A DNA stretch of 64,000 bases from Deltaproteobacteria bacterium (GTDB lineage Bacteria > Desulfobacterota_D > UBA1144 > Nemesobacterales > CSP1-2): contig JBQTHB010000006.1 in assembly GCA_052390235.1 (NCBI GenBank), positions 111,680 through 175,679 on the forward strand, read 5' to 3'. Each line of letters opens with the position of its first letter. Positions within the stretch are counted from its first letter, which is position 1. The position numbers were made by a program, and so were the translations under genes. Under the pieces are notes generated by a model. The model was given only the letters and a program-made list of their open reading frames with translations, was not told the DNA's origin and searched no databases. Positions 63,666 through 64,000 of this stretch are shown here, one piece after another.

Positions 63666-64000
63666 TTATTGCTGCCGCGATTTTCCCACCCTAGCGCCGT
63701 TATTCGAGCCAAAACCCTTATAGCCCAGCGCGGCGGCGAAGATTAGCGACAGGAGCAACACGATACTCGCGCCGGAGGCAATATCGAGGTAATAGCTCAG
63801 ATACATACCCACGACGGCTGTAAGCGAGCCTATCAACGCCGATACAACCAGCAGTTTGCCAAAACTGTCCGTGAGCAAGCGCGCCGTTATTGCCGGGGCG
63901 ATGATGGACGCCGCAATGAGCGTAACCCCCAGCACCTGTATCGAGGCAATGATAGAGGCGGCGAGCAAAAACGATAAGAGTATATTTATCCGGCGGGTGT
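63666..64000 (-). CDS. ABC-3 family metal (Zn/Mn/Fe) ABC transporter permease, C-terminal part; 5' end outside the window
   Basis: ...RRINILLSFLLAASIIASIQVLGVTLIAASIIAPAITARLLTDSFGKLLVVSALIG...YYLDIASGASIVLL is typical of the ZnuB/MntB/TroD-type C-terminus. The frame is open to the window edge. Confidence 0.75.
   Translation of the reverse strand, partial: TRRINILLSFLLAASIIASIQVLGVTLIAASIIAPAITARLLTDSFGKLLVVSALIGSLTAVVGMYLSYYLDIASGASIVLLLSLIFAAALGYKGFGSNNGARVGKSRQQ

Overview
64 kb of a diderm (Gram-negative-type) bacterial chromosome. By eye it is mid-to-high GC, with a few clearly AT-rich patches. I had no search tools, so every function below rests on motifs I could read in the translations.

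Most of the window is densely packed housekeeping and envelope genes:
- Start to about 16 kb: rarA (partial), ihfB, terC, a TonB-like gene, purM, an ArsB/NhaD-type permease, a cyclophilin, an LLM oxidoreductase, a Lon-N domain protein, ruvX, the LemA-DUF2207 pair, DUF1015, tsaC and purE.
- About 16 to 19.4 kb: a VIT1 iron transporter, an R-M cassette, an EVE-domain gene and tRNA-Met(CAT).
- About 19.5 to 26.7 kb: a pstSCAB-arsC-phoU operon with long-form PstC and PstA.
- About 26.8 to 36 kb: an M48 peptidase, an S8 protease, an FG-GAP/UnbV lipoprotein, a GMC oxidoreductase with a Tat-signal small subunit nearby, and a disulfide reductase.
- About 36 to 50.7 kb: an AsmA/YdbH-like giant protein with a YdbL-like lipoprotein, ilvD, an HD-GYP response regulator, speD, trxA, a Y-family polymerase, an H+-PPase, aroK, ribE and lspA.

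The accessory-looking parts are:
1. A low-GC type II restriction-modification cassette (16.85-18.76 kb), wedged between the VIT1 gene and an EVE-domain gene plus tRNA-Met.
2. A 740-bp spacer (8.24-8.98 kb) with no credible gene, built from several families of hairpin and direct repeats. Copies elsewhere inflate neighbouring ORFs.
3. A metal-acquisition supercluster (53-64 kb):
   - a tandemly duplicated His/Met-motif lipoprotein and a cupredoxin;
   - a BNR-propeller lipoprotein;
   - two TonB-dependent receptors and ExbB-ExbD-TonB;
   - a small secreted His/Cys-rich protein with a CFSCCCCY motif;
   - Fur-box-like palindromes and the end of an ABC-3 metal permease.

My best candidates for something not yet described are the small Cys/His-rich protein with its receptor/BNR context, the duplicated lipoprotein-cupredoxin pair, and the YdbH-like system whose lipoprotein partner looks like a YnbE-YdbL fusion. 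None can be confirmed without homology searches. No CRISPR array, rRNA, transposase or integrase was seen.
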